In this document: one piece after another, positions 50,475 to 64,000 of the stretch
Position numbering within the stretch: the first letter of the stretch is position 1
How the letters are laid out: each line of letters starts with the position of its first letter
DNA from: Eledone cirrhosa
Lineage: Eukaryota
Assembly (NCBI GenBank): GCA_964016885.1
Contig: OZ024741.1
Location: 285,820,001 to 285,884,000 of the forward strand
Reading direction: 5' to 3'
DNA: 64,000 nucleotides
Translations under genes and position numbers: made by a program
Notes under the pieces: generated by a model
Told to the model about the DNA's origin: nothing
Database searches by the model: none
Seen by the model: the letters and a program-made list of their open reading frames with translations, nothing else

Positions 50475-51923
50475 TCATACCTTGAGGAGTGTAAGCAAAA
50501 AGTTCATTCCGCGGGAACAAACAACATAAAGTTGGCCATGGGAGAAACATGGCTCCCCCAAATGGATGCCCGCCACCGACAATGTTTGCCCTTGTGACTT
50601 GTTAATGGACATGACAAAACATATCTCACCGGAAATTGGGATCGCCGGAAATCGAACGGGAGATCTGACGCCGAGGTGAAAAGGTTCATCCTTGGAATGA
50701 AAACATTCTTCCCTCTCCCGCACCCCGTTACAATGGTGGCCTCAATCAAGTGGGGCGTCAATGACTTGACGACCATGCGAGTACCGTTGCACTGCTTTAG
50801 TGGACGCAAGTTCCTTATTAGCATAATGGGACAGCCAGCACTAAGCTTAAGAATGTGTGGTGGGAGCCCTGGGGGCTCAAGGGAATTTAATAACTCAACC
50901 GTATAATTAACGATATCGTCGGGGTCGATAGATTAGAAGATGTGTTCTTTACCGGGAATGTTCTCAATCAGCTGCTCGTTAATAAAATTAACCATGATAT
51001 TTTTCGGAGCAAGGATGGCTTTTTCGCTGAGCCAATCGAGGTTTTTAAAGTTAGATGAGACATTAGGAAAAACTGCTTTCCAAATGTCAGAAGGACTGCT
51101 CACAATGTTGCACAGGGTGTCGATTGCTATGCCGCCCTTGTCATCTGCAGGGACTTTGCCCTCACCAAGTGCTAAAATATTCTGAGCAAATGCTGCAGAC
51201 ATGTTGTCACCATGCAAATGAGCACGTATATTTGTGCTCAGGTACAAACTCTTCACCTGGAGCCACAACATGGACAACTTAAGACAGGCACGCACTTCAT
51301 CAGCTCTTGTCCCTTTGGAGATGACAGGCACCGTTTGCCGAAAATCCCTTGATAGCAGAAGGGTTACGCCACCCATAGGAGCCGTAGAATCCCTAATGTC
51401 TTTCAGGGTCCTCTCCAATGCCTCAAGGGCACCCTTGTGTGCCATTGTGCACTCATCCCAAACAATGAGGCAACATTTTTTGAGAACCAGAGCTTCGTGT
51501 GAACTCTTGCTGATATTGCATGTTGGTGTCTCAGTTTTTACTAAATCCAAGGGGAGTTTAAAGGTTGAATGTGCTATCTTGCCTCCCGGCAGCAAAGTAG
51601 CAGCGATCCCGGACGATGCAACGGCCAACGCATTTTTTCTCCTGAAGAATCTTAGCGAGAATCAATTTCGTTACATAAGTTTTTCCGGTACCCCCAGGAG
51701 CATCGAGAAAGTAAATACCCCCAGTCTGATTTTGAACCGCGTCAATGATAGTTAAATAGGCCAACCTTTGGTCCGACAGAAGTTTGGGCTCATTTTCCTC
51801 TAAGTATTGGGAAAGAGATTCAATGTCATATGCTGTTTCCCGCAACATATCCGGAGCCAACGTGTTAGCTTCCTCTCTGACGGTTGATGGCAAGTCATAC
51901 GTCGCCAACTCACTCCCACCCAT
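50475..51923 (-). pseudogene. Helitron PIF1-family helicase, frameshifted
   Basis: ORFs 51558-51923, 50933-51628, 50504-50824 and 50475-50723 carry successive SF1B helicase motifs. Confidence 0.9.
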
Positions 51924-53431
51924 GTCGAGGAGGGCGTCCTCGATATCAATGAGTGCCCTGTTGTAGATTATGTCGCTCTAACCAACTTCCACTGAAGTAT
52001 ACTGCAGATGAGCCAGGCGCAGGAAGTCCTCAGACATGAAGTCTCTGTACTTGACCCATAAAGATTTGGGATCACCCAATTCACACTTTTGAAGCAAAAT
52101 AGCAAAGAGTTCCCTTAGACCTTTAGGTGATTTCAACAAAGCACCCTCTGCTAAAGTGGAATCCCATTGCGAATTATCTTCCAAAAGACCACGCTTAAAG
52201 CAGGCTTCCCGGTACGTATCACATATTTCTCCATCAACAGTTTTGATGTCCTGAAAACTTTGTGTGCCTACAACTTGCAGAAGAAGGCGGAGATGAAAGC
52301 ACTCATGGTGACTTGGGGGCATAGTGTAAACCCTTCCAAGACAGCTGTCAAATGTTACACCAGGATATCTTTCAGCAGCCTGACCTGACTTTCTTCACAC
52401 CCAAGTGTTTTTCGACCATATAAAGTAGGAAGGAACCTGGGAGTACACAAATTGTTTGCGCAAATGTATCGAACTGGCAATGTTAGAAGAAACCCGTCAG
52501 AGTGATCTCTTTCGGATGGCGGCCAACTTGGCGGCGGTTTGGTCCGTAAAGTAAACCTTTTGCCCTTTTCCAAATGTACCGCAAGCTGTACAATGGCGGG
52601 GTGAAGTTGGTTAGAGGTAAACCGAATAGGCGCCAAAAAGCTTCATTGCTTGATGTACCGTCCCGCCAGGTATTCTGTGACCTCGTCCCTGCTATTTTCA
52701 GCTTGAAATGCGAACATTGCGGCATCAGAGCCCTTATTTGCATATGTATTTTATCGACTTGACGGAGTTGCAAAGCTCAACGTTGATGTGGGCGTTGAAC
52801 ATCTTCAAGAGAAGCGGGCAGTAAGGGACCAACCATCTATTGTCGACTTAACCTCCCCTTACTGTTGTGGTGAAGTCACCGTTCTCGGGCCGTCTCCGCC
52901 TGTACAGGGGGTACTCGTCGCCACCAGTCGAGTCTGGTCAACAAATTTTGGGGGTATCCCTTACTGCACGACCCCGCCCTATCAGATATGTGTGATGCTC
53001 ATTAGGACCCGACGCACACGGACCATGAATCATGTTACCTTTAACGATGTCATGTAATTCCTGGTCAGTTGCTGGGTTAGGGAGTTCAGCCGAAATGAAG
53101 CTGGCTATCGCATTTGAATTGATTTTATCAGCTAACCAAATCAAAATGTGAGCATGTGGCAGCCCTCGTTTTTGTCATTCGACGGTGAACATGTCACATT
53201 TTACAGCTCCAAATACCTGACCTCTTTTATTAAAGTTTGAGTTTAGCCAGTTTCAGTCTGAACACTCTGGCAATGAGGTCATGTCTGTTCGAATAATTTT
53301 TCCCAGGAAAAAGTTCACGGGTTACATTCCGATTCATATGTCTATAGCATTAAACTGTTATATGAAGTGTTACTTTGCGGGTTGTTATTTGCAATAAGCG
53401 GATTGAAAATGCCCCAGATAAGCCGTTGTCA

Positions 53432-53712
53432 ATACGGAACGCTCCACTGCAGTGTTGTCATATAGGGAGTGAAGAGCGACAGAGAGAGTAAAGCAGTTAA
53501 ATTATAGAGAGGAGGAATATACGGAACGCTCCATTTGATCATATACATTGTTTCTCTCTCTGCAGTGTTGTCATATAGGGAGTGAAGAGAGACAGAGAGA
53601 GTAAAGCAGTTAAATTATAGAAAGGGGGAATATACGGAACGCTCAATTTGATCATATACATTGTTTCTCTCTCTGCACTGTTGTCATATAGGGAGTGAAG
53701 AGCGACAGAGAG
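53432..53712 (+). repeat. ~115-bp tandem repeat inside the Helitron, with related units to ~54090 and ~60-bp units at 54190-54322
   Basis: atacggaacgctcc..tgcagtgttgtcatatagggagtgaagagcgacagagagagtaaagcagttaaattataga occurs 2-3 times. Confidence 0.85.
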
Positions 53713-54570
53713 TTTGTTGTTTTATAAATTCATCTGTTGCTTTTGAATATTTGTTATTTGATGTAAAATCTAACTGTGTAAGATGTAACGTTGAGAGAGC
53801 AGAATGTATTTAGTGTTATCGGCTTTTTAAATTTTGATATTTGATGTATGAGTGTCGTTATGACTGTTTGTTGTTGTATAAAATGATGTGTTGCTTAGTT
53901 ATCAAAGCTTTTTTCGCGTTCCCGAACGAATAGGGGGAATGATCTATTATATACAGAGAGAAGAGCGACGGATTGAGTGAAGCTAGTGTTAAACCTCGAA
54001 GCATGAAGAGAGTAAAGCAGTTAAATTATAGAGAGGGGGAATAATCTATTGTAGAGAGAGCGAAGAGCGGCGGAGAGAGTAAAGCTATGGTTGTTGTGTT
54101 GCTTAGTATTTCAAAGTTTGTGTCGCGTTCCTTCAAAAGAGTTTTGTCGTTGTTCTAAATTGTAATGGTGATAGAGTAGTAGACGGAGGCAGTAACCTTT
54201 TAAAGAGAGTTGCAGAGGAGATTGAGGGGGGAGTAGAGAGAGTGATGAACCTTTTAAAAAGAGTTGCAGAGGAGATTGAGAGTGGAGTAGAAGAAAGGAT
54301 GAACCTTTTAAACAGAGTTGCAAAATGTATGTAGTTTCATATATTTTTGATGGTAGTAGTGAGAGGAATGAAGCATGTAAGAGAGAGGGTTATAGCATTT
54401 ATTTAGTTTCATCGATTTTTTTTCATAGAAGCAGGAAACCTTTGGCACAAATAATTACACGTTGACCTGCCCTGGTAAATTTGGAGCACATTGGAAAAAA
54501 AATCATCAAAATCGGTAGAGAAATGTGGAAATGCATACATATCATACACACAGACAGACAGACATCTACC

Positions 54571-54702
<132 letters not shown>

Positions 54703-54765
54703 AATAAATATGTAAATAAATATGGTTTTATAAATATAGTTTTCCATTTATTTAATATTATATAT

Positions 54766-55064
<299 letters not shown>

Positions 55065-55091
55065 ATATATATATATATATAAATATGCGCA

Positions 55092-55234
<143 letters not shown>

Positions 55235-55887
55235 GGCTTCTACATATATATTAATGTTATATATGTATGTATAAGTGTGTGTGTATGTGTGTATTGTATA
55301 TATATTGAAAAGATTGAGAGAGAGATAGGCTATTACTTAGTGATGTATTTTGCAGGTCAAAGCAAAAAAAAAAATAAGACCCTGTCTGCGATATTCTATT
55401 TAACCTAGGACTCCAGCACCAAGAAAAGTAAAACACGAAAGAAAATAGTAATAGCAATGATGAAATATTAAAAAAAAATCTTTTAGCTGCGCATCGGTAG
55501 TAGATTTTATATTTTACGTATGGTATTAAATGGGTATTTGTTCCTGAATATCTATGTTTTCATCTGACACGCGAGGACTGAGAATCTTTCATAAAATAAA
55601 TTTAATAAAGGTCAAACCTTTATGAAAAATGCAATAATTCGTCTATACTATCACAAAAAGGAAATAGATGTCGTTCAAGACTAATGGCGTTTCCATGCTT
55701 ACTGTAAAAGAGAAGTATGGGGTACGTAGATTCATTTCATTATGAAATTATGTACGTAATAAATACTGTTATGTGGATAGCAATAAACAAAAAATTGTCT
55801 CATAAATATATGTGCGTATATATATATTACTCAAACACAGATACACACTCACACACACTCACACACACACACACACTCACATATATG

Positions 55888-55950
<63 letters not shown>

Positions 55951-56061
55951 CATATATACATATATACATACATATATACATATATATACATACATATATA
56001 CATATATATACATATATACATATATATACATATATACATATATACATATATATGTATACAC

Positions 56062-56146
<85 letters not shown>

Positions 56147-56299
56147 CGCGCGTGTGCGTGTGTATGTGGGCCGTATTTACGTTTAAATCTGGGCTATTTT
56201 CACTCCATATTTTATATTAATATATTGTAGTTTCGCATTTTGAGTAGAGAGTAAGCAGAGCTGTTTTGCTAGTGAAAGGGTCGTATGAGTTTGCTAAGC

Positions 56300-56550
56300 A
56301 ATACGGCCACCAGATATGGTTTGTTGCGATATAATCGTGCACATGCTGGACGAATAAGCAACAACGGGACCACGGCGGTGACCTACTAAGGACGATGGAG
56401 AAATGGGTAAGGTGACACTGTTAACTCTCATGTAAACTTTCGCAATTCTAGTGATAGAACTTCGATGAGGCGAGTAAGGCCGCCTCTAACAAAAACCTAG
56501 ACTTCGCGGCTCTGAGAAAAGTAAAAAATTGTTGACAGGCGCGAATGAGA
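56300..56550 (+). mobile_element. Second copy of the dispersed repeat seen at ~1535-1770
   Basis: Shared blocks listed for 1400-1790. Confidence 0.55.
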
Positions 56551-56893
56551 CAGCTAAAACACTGCAACATTGAAAGAAACAAAAATGACAGTAATACCTT
56601 AAAATCTTTCCTTTGATTTAACAAGTGACGCGTACAGGCCTGTTTCAAAATATATATTGTTGTCTCCCTCTAACACTACAAGGATTGGCGATGGCACTGC
56701 GAACTGTCCAGCCGTAACTCGTTCGGCATGCATATGAGGCTACTCAGGAGATGTGTACTTAAGAAAATACTATATATGTTCAGCCGTTCAACAGACTATC
56801 TGCTGATATGCAAATCAGGCCGATCAATCACTGCATATTTTAGAAAATATTCTATATTTTGACTAGCTCTGACAGTTGGCAATAAGCAGTATA

Positions 56894-56938
56894 CTGTACT
56901 GATGAAGGATAATCACCCAGAAACATTAGTGTCTGCAG
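56894..56938 (+). ncRNA. Type I hammerhead ribozyme motif with canonical core
   Basis: CTGTA-CTGATGA-aggataatcaccca-GAAA-CA-ttag-TG-TC-TGCAG: stem I CUGUA/UGCAG, short stem III, GUC triplet; stem II is weak. Confidence 0.7.
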
Positions 56939-57048
56939 GTCTGTTTACATGCCAACAGAAGAGCAAGAATGACTAGGTCATTCTAGTGACATGGCTTTAA
57001 AAAGGGTGTTTCCATAATTGCAAACGAAACGAATATTATTATTATTAT

Positions 57049-57200
57049 TTGGCAGTATCGGTAGAGGGTCCCTTTATGGTCTGAGTTAAAATCCCGCCCA
57101 GGTTAACTTTGCCTTTCATCCTTACGGGGTCGATAAAATAAAGTATCAGTAATACTCTGGGATAATGGCTGGCCTTGTGCCAAAAGTAGAAACAACTATT
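57049..57200 (+). mobile_element. SINE (main family) with an internal deletion
   Basis: ttggcagtatcggtagagggtc|cctttatggtctgag; the segment between the A and B boxes is missing. Confidence 0.85.
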
Positions 57201-57266
57201 AATATTTGGGAAACCCAGATTACTTTTATTGTATTCAGCCATGTAGATCGATAAACTATTCGTTTG

Positions 57267-57308
<42 letters not shown>

Positions 57309-57325
57309 TCTCTCTATATATATAT

Positions 57326-57528
57326 AACGAAGGAAGTGTGGTAAGGAACCAGGTGGACCATAACGCACCAGAGTACTCGATACTTTGGGTAGTAGAGTGT
57401 GTAATAGGAAAAGGGTCAGGACTCTGACGGCAGAGCTCAAGCCGTTTCGGCGGCTATTTCTGGACGGTCCAGAAATAGCCGTCGAAACGGCTTTAGCTCT
57501 GCTGTCGGGGTCCTGACCCTTTTCCTAT
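57326..57528. mobile_element. Second copy of foldback family B
   Basis: Same leader as 39283; palindrome 57404-57528; flanked by (TA)n. Confidence 0.82.
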
Positions 57529-58615
57529 ATATATATATATATATATATACTAGCATATATAAAGATATATGACCGAATATACGTGTGTGTAATCAAGTTT
57601 ATATGCATGTATAAGTCTGCGTGTCTTGCGTGTGGGCATGAATATAGGAAAGATAATTGACGCGGATATAACGCCTTTGGTAATACCCCCTTTGAATACC
57701 TGAAACCAGCAAAAAACATTAAAAGAAAACAGACACAATGTCTATATCAGCCACGCACACACACACACATACACCACTAATACCTACATATACACATACG
57801 TGCGCAAATCTTATATATATATATATATATGATGAGAGTGAATGTGCGTGTGTGTTTGTGTGCATGTATATGTGTGTTTCATTAAAACTATTACAAATCG
57901 AAGGCACAAAGTTCAGTAGATGTATTCACATATCTAGATTAATCTTTAGAATATTCATCGAATTCTTCGACAATCTCGAGAAATGTGGTATATGTATAAA
58001 ATGTAAGACGTCTTTGTCACAAGTGTTTTCCTGAAAAGTTGTATTATGTGGTTTTATTAACAAACGGACCTATTGTATATCAAAATTGATACATGACAAT
58101 TAGGTTAAATTTTCCCATCAGCACGACTTATTGGTGGACGATACATGTAATAAACTGTATTAGATCGTGAAATTACCATGCCATCAGAACTATTGTATGG
58201 AGTATGTTCTATTAGGTTTATATCAATAACGATGGCGGACGTACACGATATACGATAGAAATAAATATAAGCAGAATTTGAATTATTCAATACTGAAAAC
58301 AATAAAGAAATGCAACAAACACAATAATCATTAGATTTATCACCACGAACTCGCTCCTCGAACTCTTTCTTTTTCTTCTCTTCGTCATTATCACCAACTG
58401 CAATATGACTATCATCATCATCGTCAAAAATCATTATCATCTTCGTAAAAATGGTTTCTGATTCAGGCAAAAGGCAAACAATTTGTGGGGAAGGAAAAAG
58501 TCGATTAAATCGACCTCAGTGAATTACTGGTACTTTATATTATGGACACCGGAATGATGATGATGATGATTATGATAATGATAATAATAGAAATAAAAGT
58601 AATAATAATAATGAC

Positions 58616-58810
58616 GATTTCTACGATAGGCACTAGGCCAACAATTTGGGAGGAGGGAAAGTCGATTAAATCGCTCCCCAGCGCATTACTGGTGCTTTAT
58701 TTTATCAACGCCATAATGATGAAAGGCAAAGCCAACCTCGGCGGGATTTGAACTCAGACAGTAAAGGGCCTTAACTCTATGATGCAAATCATGGTGTCCG
58801 ACGCTCTACA
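58616..58810 (-). mobile_element. SINE (long-insert subfamily); partial copy at ~58452-58545
   Basis: Family core and B box. Confidence 0.8.
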
Positions 58811-59537
58811 GAAATAATGAGAATAATAGTAGGAAGAGGAATAAGAATAAGAATAAGATGATGGTGAGTATGGTCATGATAATAGTGATGATGCCGAGGG
58901 TGACGACGAAGAAGAATATTACAACAAAAAGTGTCATATAAGTAATCAACGGCATCAATACTAGTAAGGAAACCATCATCATTATCATCATCAGTAACAT
59001 CATCATCATGATTAATATTGTCCTTATTGATATAAATAAAACATGCAATATTAAATAAAGAAAGAAACAATAAAGAAATAAAGAAATTATTATTGACGCA
59101 TGACAACGCCATTAACTTATTTCACAAGTGCTGTCGATATTCACAATATTTGTTGATCATTGCTTGAATTTATTGCTGTTATTTTTGATATTGATGGCAA
59201 TAAAATTGGGTAACAATCGTAAGTGGCAAAAATAGAAATAAAGATAAATAAAAAATAAAATAATAAATAATCGAGATAAAAATTAAAAAAGGAAATATAG
59301 TAAATAAAATAAGCAAAAAATACGAATACAATAGAAAATAAAATAGACAAAAAATACGAATACAATAGAAAATAAAATATAATAAGAAAAACTAGAAAAT
59401 AAAAAGACATAAATAAGAAACAGGGAGAAGACAATATTTATACCATCGAAAATATATTGCTGACCCTGTCTAGATGGAATACATCTAATTATGTGCTAGC
59501 AAGAGAGATCTAAAGAATAAATAAAAGAAATCAAGTA

Positions 59538-60090
<553 letters not shown>

Positions 60091-60290
60091 TAATAAGAAT
60101 TGTCCTAGAAAAGATATATGCTCATTTATCATTGATGTTGTCTTTATGGAGAAGATGAAATAAGAAGGATTAATAAATAAATAAGGAGAATATTCTAGTA
60201 GGAAATAAAAATTATAATACAATACAATGCCGAGAAAAGACGGGAGGAGGAGGGGGAGAGGGGCTTTCATGCTGTTGTATATTATTATTA

Positions 60291-60790
60291 AGCCATTCTT
60301 TGTAGCATAGAGTTACGGGCCTTTGCAATCTGAGTTCAAAACCCGCCGAGGCTAACTTTGCCTTTCATACTTACGGGGTCGATAAAATAAAGTACCAGTA
60401 ATTCACTGGCTTAATTGCTGGCCTTGTGCCAAAAGTAGAAACAATTGTTATTTATGGAAGTTGTGAAAATAAAGAATAGTGAAACGACCATGTTGATGAT
60501 GGTGATGATGATGATGATGATGGTGATGATAATGGTGATCGCGATGATAATAATGAGAATGATCATAGTGGTAGTGGAAGTTGTGGTGCTTATAATGGGG
60601 ATTGTGATGATGATGATGATAATATTTATTATTTTTACTTTTGGCACAAGGCCAGCAAATACCCAGTACATTACTGGTACTTTATTTCATCGACCCCGTA
60701 AGGAAGAAAGGCAAAGTTAACCTCGGCGGGATTTGAACTCAGACCCTAAAGGGCCGCAACTCTATGCTGCAAAGCATGGCGTCCGACCTT
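60291..60790. mobile_element. Two SINE copies tail-to-tail (60291-60447 +, 60636-60790 -) around a (GAT)n-rich spacer
   Basis: Family consensus in opposite orientations. Confidence 0.85.
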
Positions 60791-61430
60791 AATGGAGATA
60801 ATGATGATGATAATAATGGGGATTGTGATGATGATGATGATGATATTAATGAGGATGATAATAGTGGTGGTGGAGGTGGTGGTGTTTATAATGGGGATGG
60901 TGATGATGAAGATGACGATAATGATGGTGATGACGATAATGATGATGATGATGATTGTAGTGGTGGTGATGATGATGATGACGATGATGATGGCGATGAC
61001 GATAATAATGATGATGATGATGGTGGTAGTAGTGGTGAAGATGATGATGATTATGATGATGATGATAGTAGCGGTGATGATGCTGGTAGTGGTGGTGATG
61101 ATGGTAGTGGCGGTGATAATGATGATGATGATGATGGCGGTGATGTTGATGATGATGATGGTAGTGGTGGTGATGTTGGTAGTGGTGGTGATGCTGGTAG
61201 TGGTGGTGATGATGGTAATGGCGGTGATAATGATGATGATGATGATGGTGATGGCGGTGATGTTGATGATGATGATGGTAGTGGTGGTGATGATGGTAGT
61301 GGTGGTGATGATGGTAGTGGTGGTGATGATGGTAGTGGCGGTGATAATGATGATGATGATGATGATGGTAATGGCGGTGATGTTGATGATGATGATGGTA
61401 GTGGTGGTGATGATGGTAGTGGTGGTGATA

Positions 61431-61463
<33 letters not shown>

Positions 61464-61500
61464 GTAATGGCGGTGATGTTGATGATGATGATGGTGATGC
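60791..61500 (+). repeat. (GAT/GGT)-based higher-order minisatellite
   Basis: Units gatgatggtagtggtggt and ggcggtgatgttgatgatgatgat are reiterated in ~120-bp blocks. Confidence 0.92.
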
Positions 61501-61685
61501 TAATAACAACGGCAACGATGCAGTTAACGAGGCATATAGATGGGAATGATTCCAGAAGATAATGTTGATGTCTTTGATAAATCTTCACATCTTATTAACA
61601 ACAGATATTTCTCCACATATGACATCACTGAACCCTCTGTCTTATCTTTTGTTTGTATATTGTTGTTATTATATCCCTTGTGCAT

Positions 61686-61876
61686 GGGCGGTGGATTGGC
61701 AGTATCGGTAGAGGGTCGGACGCCATGCTTTACAGCATAGTTACGTCCCTTTACGATCTGAGTTCAAATCCCGCCGAGGTTGACTTTGCCTTTCATCCTT
61801 ACGGGGTCGATAAAATAAAGTACCAGTAATGCACTGGGTAATTGCTGGCCTTGTGCCTAAAGTAGAAACAATTATT
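61686..61876 (+). mobile_element. Young SINE copy with a target-site duplication
   Basis: Full consensus; attatatcccttgtgc (61668-61683) and attatttcccttgtgc (61871-61886). Confidence 0.92.
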
Positions 61877-61892
61877 TCCCTTGTGCGATAGG

Positions 61893-61974
61893 TATTGCTT
61901 TTAACTTAGTCATGTATTCAGCTTAATGTTTACATACGGTATCCAATTTCCACTCACCCATTTATATATACATA

Positions 61975-62017
<43 letters not shown>

Positions 62018-62152
62018 GTGTGTGTGTGTGTATGTGTGTTTATATATATATATATATTTGTGTGTGTGTGTGTGTGTGTATAAATGAGTGAGCGAAAATT
62101 GGATACCGTATTTAAACATTAAGCTAAATACATGACTAAGTTAAAAGCAATA
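61893..62152. repeat. 260-bp foldback with a (CA)n/(TA)/(TG)n centre, ending at (TA)n
   Basis: tattgcttttaacttagtcatgtattcagcttaatgtttacatacggtatccaattt is mirrored as aaattggataccgtatttaaacattaagctaaatacatgactaagttaaaagcaata. Confidence 0.92.
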
Positions 62153-64000
62153 TATATATATATATATATATTCTGTATTTCTTCCTCTGTATCTCTGTCT
62201 TACTACTCATCTATCGCTCTCTCTCCTTCCCTGGAAGAAAGTGGCTGTGTACGCACCTGGAGAGTTGGTGGACTCTGCCAGGTTTAAAATGCTCAAGATA
62301 TGCCGCATGCCACCACGACACCCTTACGATTCTATCAGAGTAAAAGAAAACGGTTAAAAGAGTAAAAGAAAACGAAACATGAAAGATGAAATGCAAAATA
62401 GGCCCAAGCCTGGATTTTAACGCAGGCATGTAATTAGATAGTTCAAGGGAATGTTTCCAACGTTGCAGAAATTTATGTTAATATCTGTAACTAAACTGAG
62501 TAACCTTTCTATATCAGATGTGACAGATATCGGCAATACATATAACTCAGACACTAGCACATCATACAGACATATACCAATTTCCTATTTGTAAAAGCCT
62601 AATGTAATTAACGTTAATTCAACCCATGTCACCATTCAAAATTAAACCGTTAAAATAAAAATTTAAGACATGTTATATGCTGAAAGCATCATAATTCATC
62701 ATATATATGAAAACATAAGATGTTTTATGCATGAAGACCTTTATATTTTTTTTATTTGACTGTTAAATTTAAATAATCTAAAGAGTAAATCCCGTTTTCT
62801 TCATGACGAGCTAAATCGTGAAGAACAGGAATATGTCCCCTTTCTTGACCCCGAGACTGTTGGGAGACAATTAGCCTCCAACAACATGAATGGCTCGAAT
62901 GATTGCATCCGAGCGGACCCCGATAGAATGGTCCATTGATCAATTTCGAATTATGGCCACCACTATCAAGTAAGAACTGTCCCTCTGTCGACATTGCTTT
63001 CGCCTACGAATTTTACACATAATATGGATAGCTTAGAGGACAGTTTCTAGAGGTGAAGTTAGATGTAGTCACACTTCACACAGAACATCGTTTGTGCAAA
63101 AAGAACTTCGTAACCGCATAGTATCCCCTGTTTTAGCCAGAAGTTGCCGATTTCATTATTGGAAAAACTGCTATAAACTTTCAAAAATACTAATTATTCC
63201 TTTCCATGTAAAAAGTTAAGAGAGAAAATTTAAGAGAAAAAATTTAGGAGAAACTTAAAAAACAAAGTTCAAGAGAAATGTCGAACAAACGTTGCAACAT
63301 AACAGTACTTCTTGTAATCAATAATAACCAAATAACCGTCCTCTGAACGTATAACTGATAAAAGGCATCGGCACAAATTTAGACCTTAACTTAAATAACA
63401 TAATTATATTTAAGAACTAAAATCATAAATAGAAGATAAAAGAACTAAAGCCATAAAAGTATTACAAAAGAAACGTAAAATTTAGCTAAAACTCCATAAC
63501 CAAGTCAGATCAGTTTGTAATGTTATGTTTTTAAGTCATTAATCTATTTTATTAACTTCTATATCTTCAAAATGTTTATGAAGCTTGGGTGAAATTACAT
63601 CGATTAATTCCCGAAAAGAGCTTTACTTCTTTTATTTTTGCTACTGCTACTATTTTTAGAGAGTCAATGTATTTTTCTACTAAGCAGTGAAAACAAATTA
63701 CACAACATAGCTATTGTTAATGGATCTAGGAAGATGTTGAAAAACACAAATCATGATTTCACACAGTTGCATTTCAAAGATATTTTAAAATATACACATA
63801 TTCATTATTCTACTCACATGTGTTGTAATAAATATCTTCAACTGCAACCTTTCACGAGCAAATATAGCAAAGTGTGTAACTGGGGGGAGTAATAAACATG
63901 GTCGTGCATTAGCAAAAGGAGCAAAATTTACTACAACCAGGAATCGGAAATGTGTCCCTTCGAATTTAACAACTGCTTCTAGAATATTGATGTATTGAAA

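Noticed and set aside
50933-51628. Host PIF1 helicase gene
   Set aside because: Frameshifted, intronless, linked to a Rep HUH motif and enclosed by Helitron termini.
60764-61549. Asp/Gly/Ser-rich 261-aa ORF resembling acidic shell-matrix proteins
   Set aside because: Pure (GAT/GGT) minisatellite, open in several frames on both strands; it starts inside an antisense SINE and has no signal peptide.

Overview
AT-rich eukaryotic intergenic or intronic DNA with no host gene that I can support. The repeat content suggests an octopod cephalopod (inference). The window is a nest of mobile elements in microsatellites. It holds four RLE-type (Dong/R4-like) non-LTR retrotransposon copies, one nearly intact, and several Tx1/L1-like copies and fragments. 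It also holds roughly 25 copies or fragments of one tRNA-derived SINE, a Penelope-like (RT + GIY-YIG) fragment, a Helitron with both ends, a mariner-type MITE and long (TA)n tracts. The strongest hidden signal is at the RNA level. (i) Short non-coding elements inside (TA)n tracts carry type I hammerhead ribozyme motifs and are folded back into long palindromes whose two arms co-vary between copies. (ii) The 5' end of the near-intact RLE element can form a multi-pseudoknot with a kissing-loop pairing. (iii) Three divergent RLE families share a co-varying 3' stem-loop. (iv) The SINE 3' tail resembles that of the Tx1-like LINE. All structures were found by eye and need computational and experimental confirmation.
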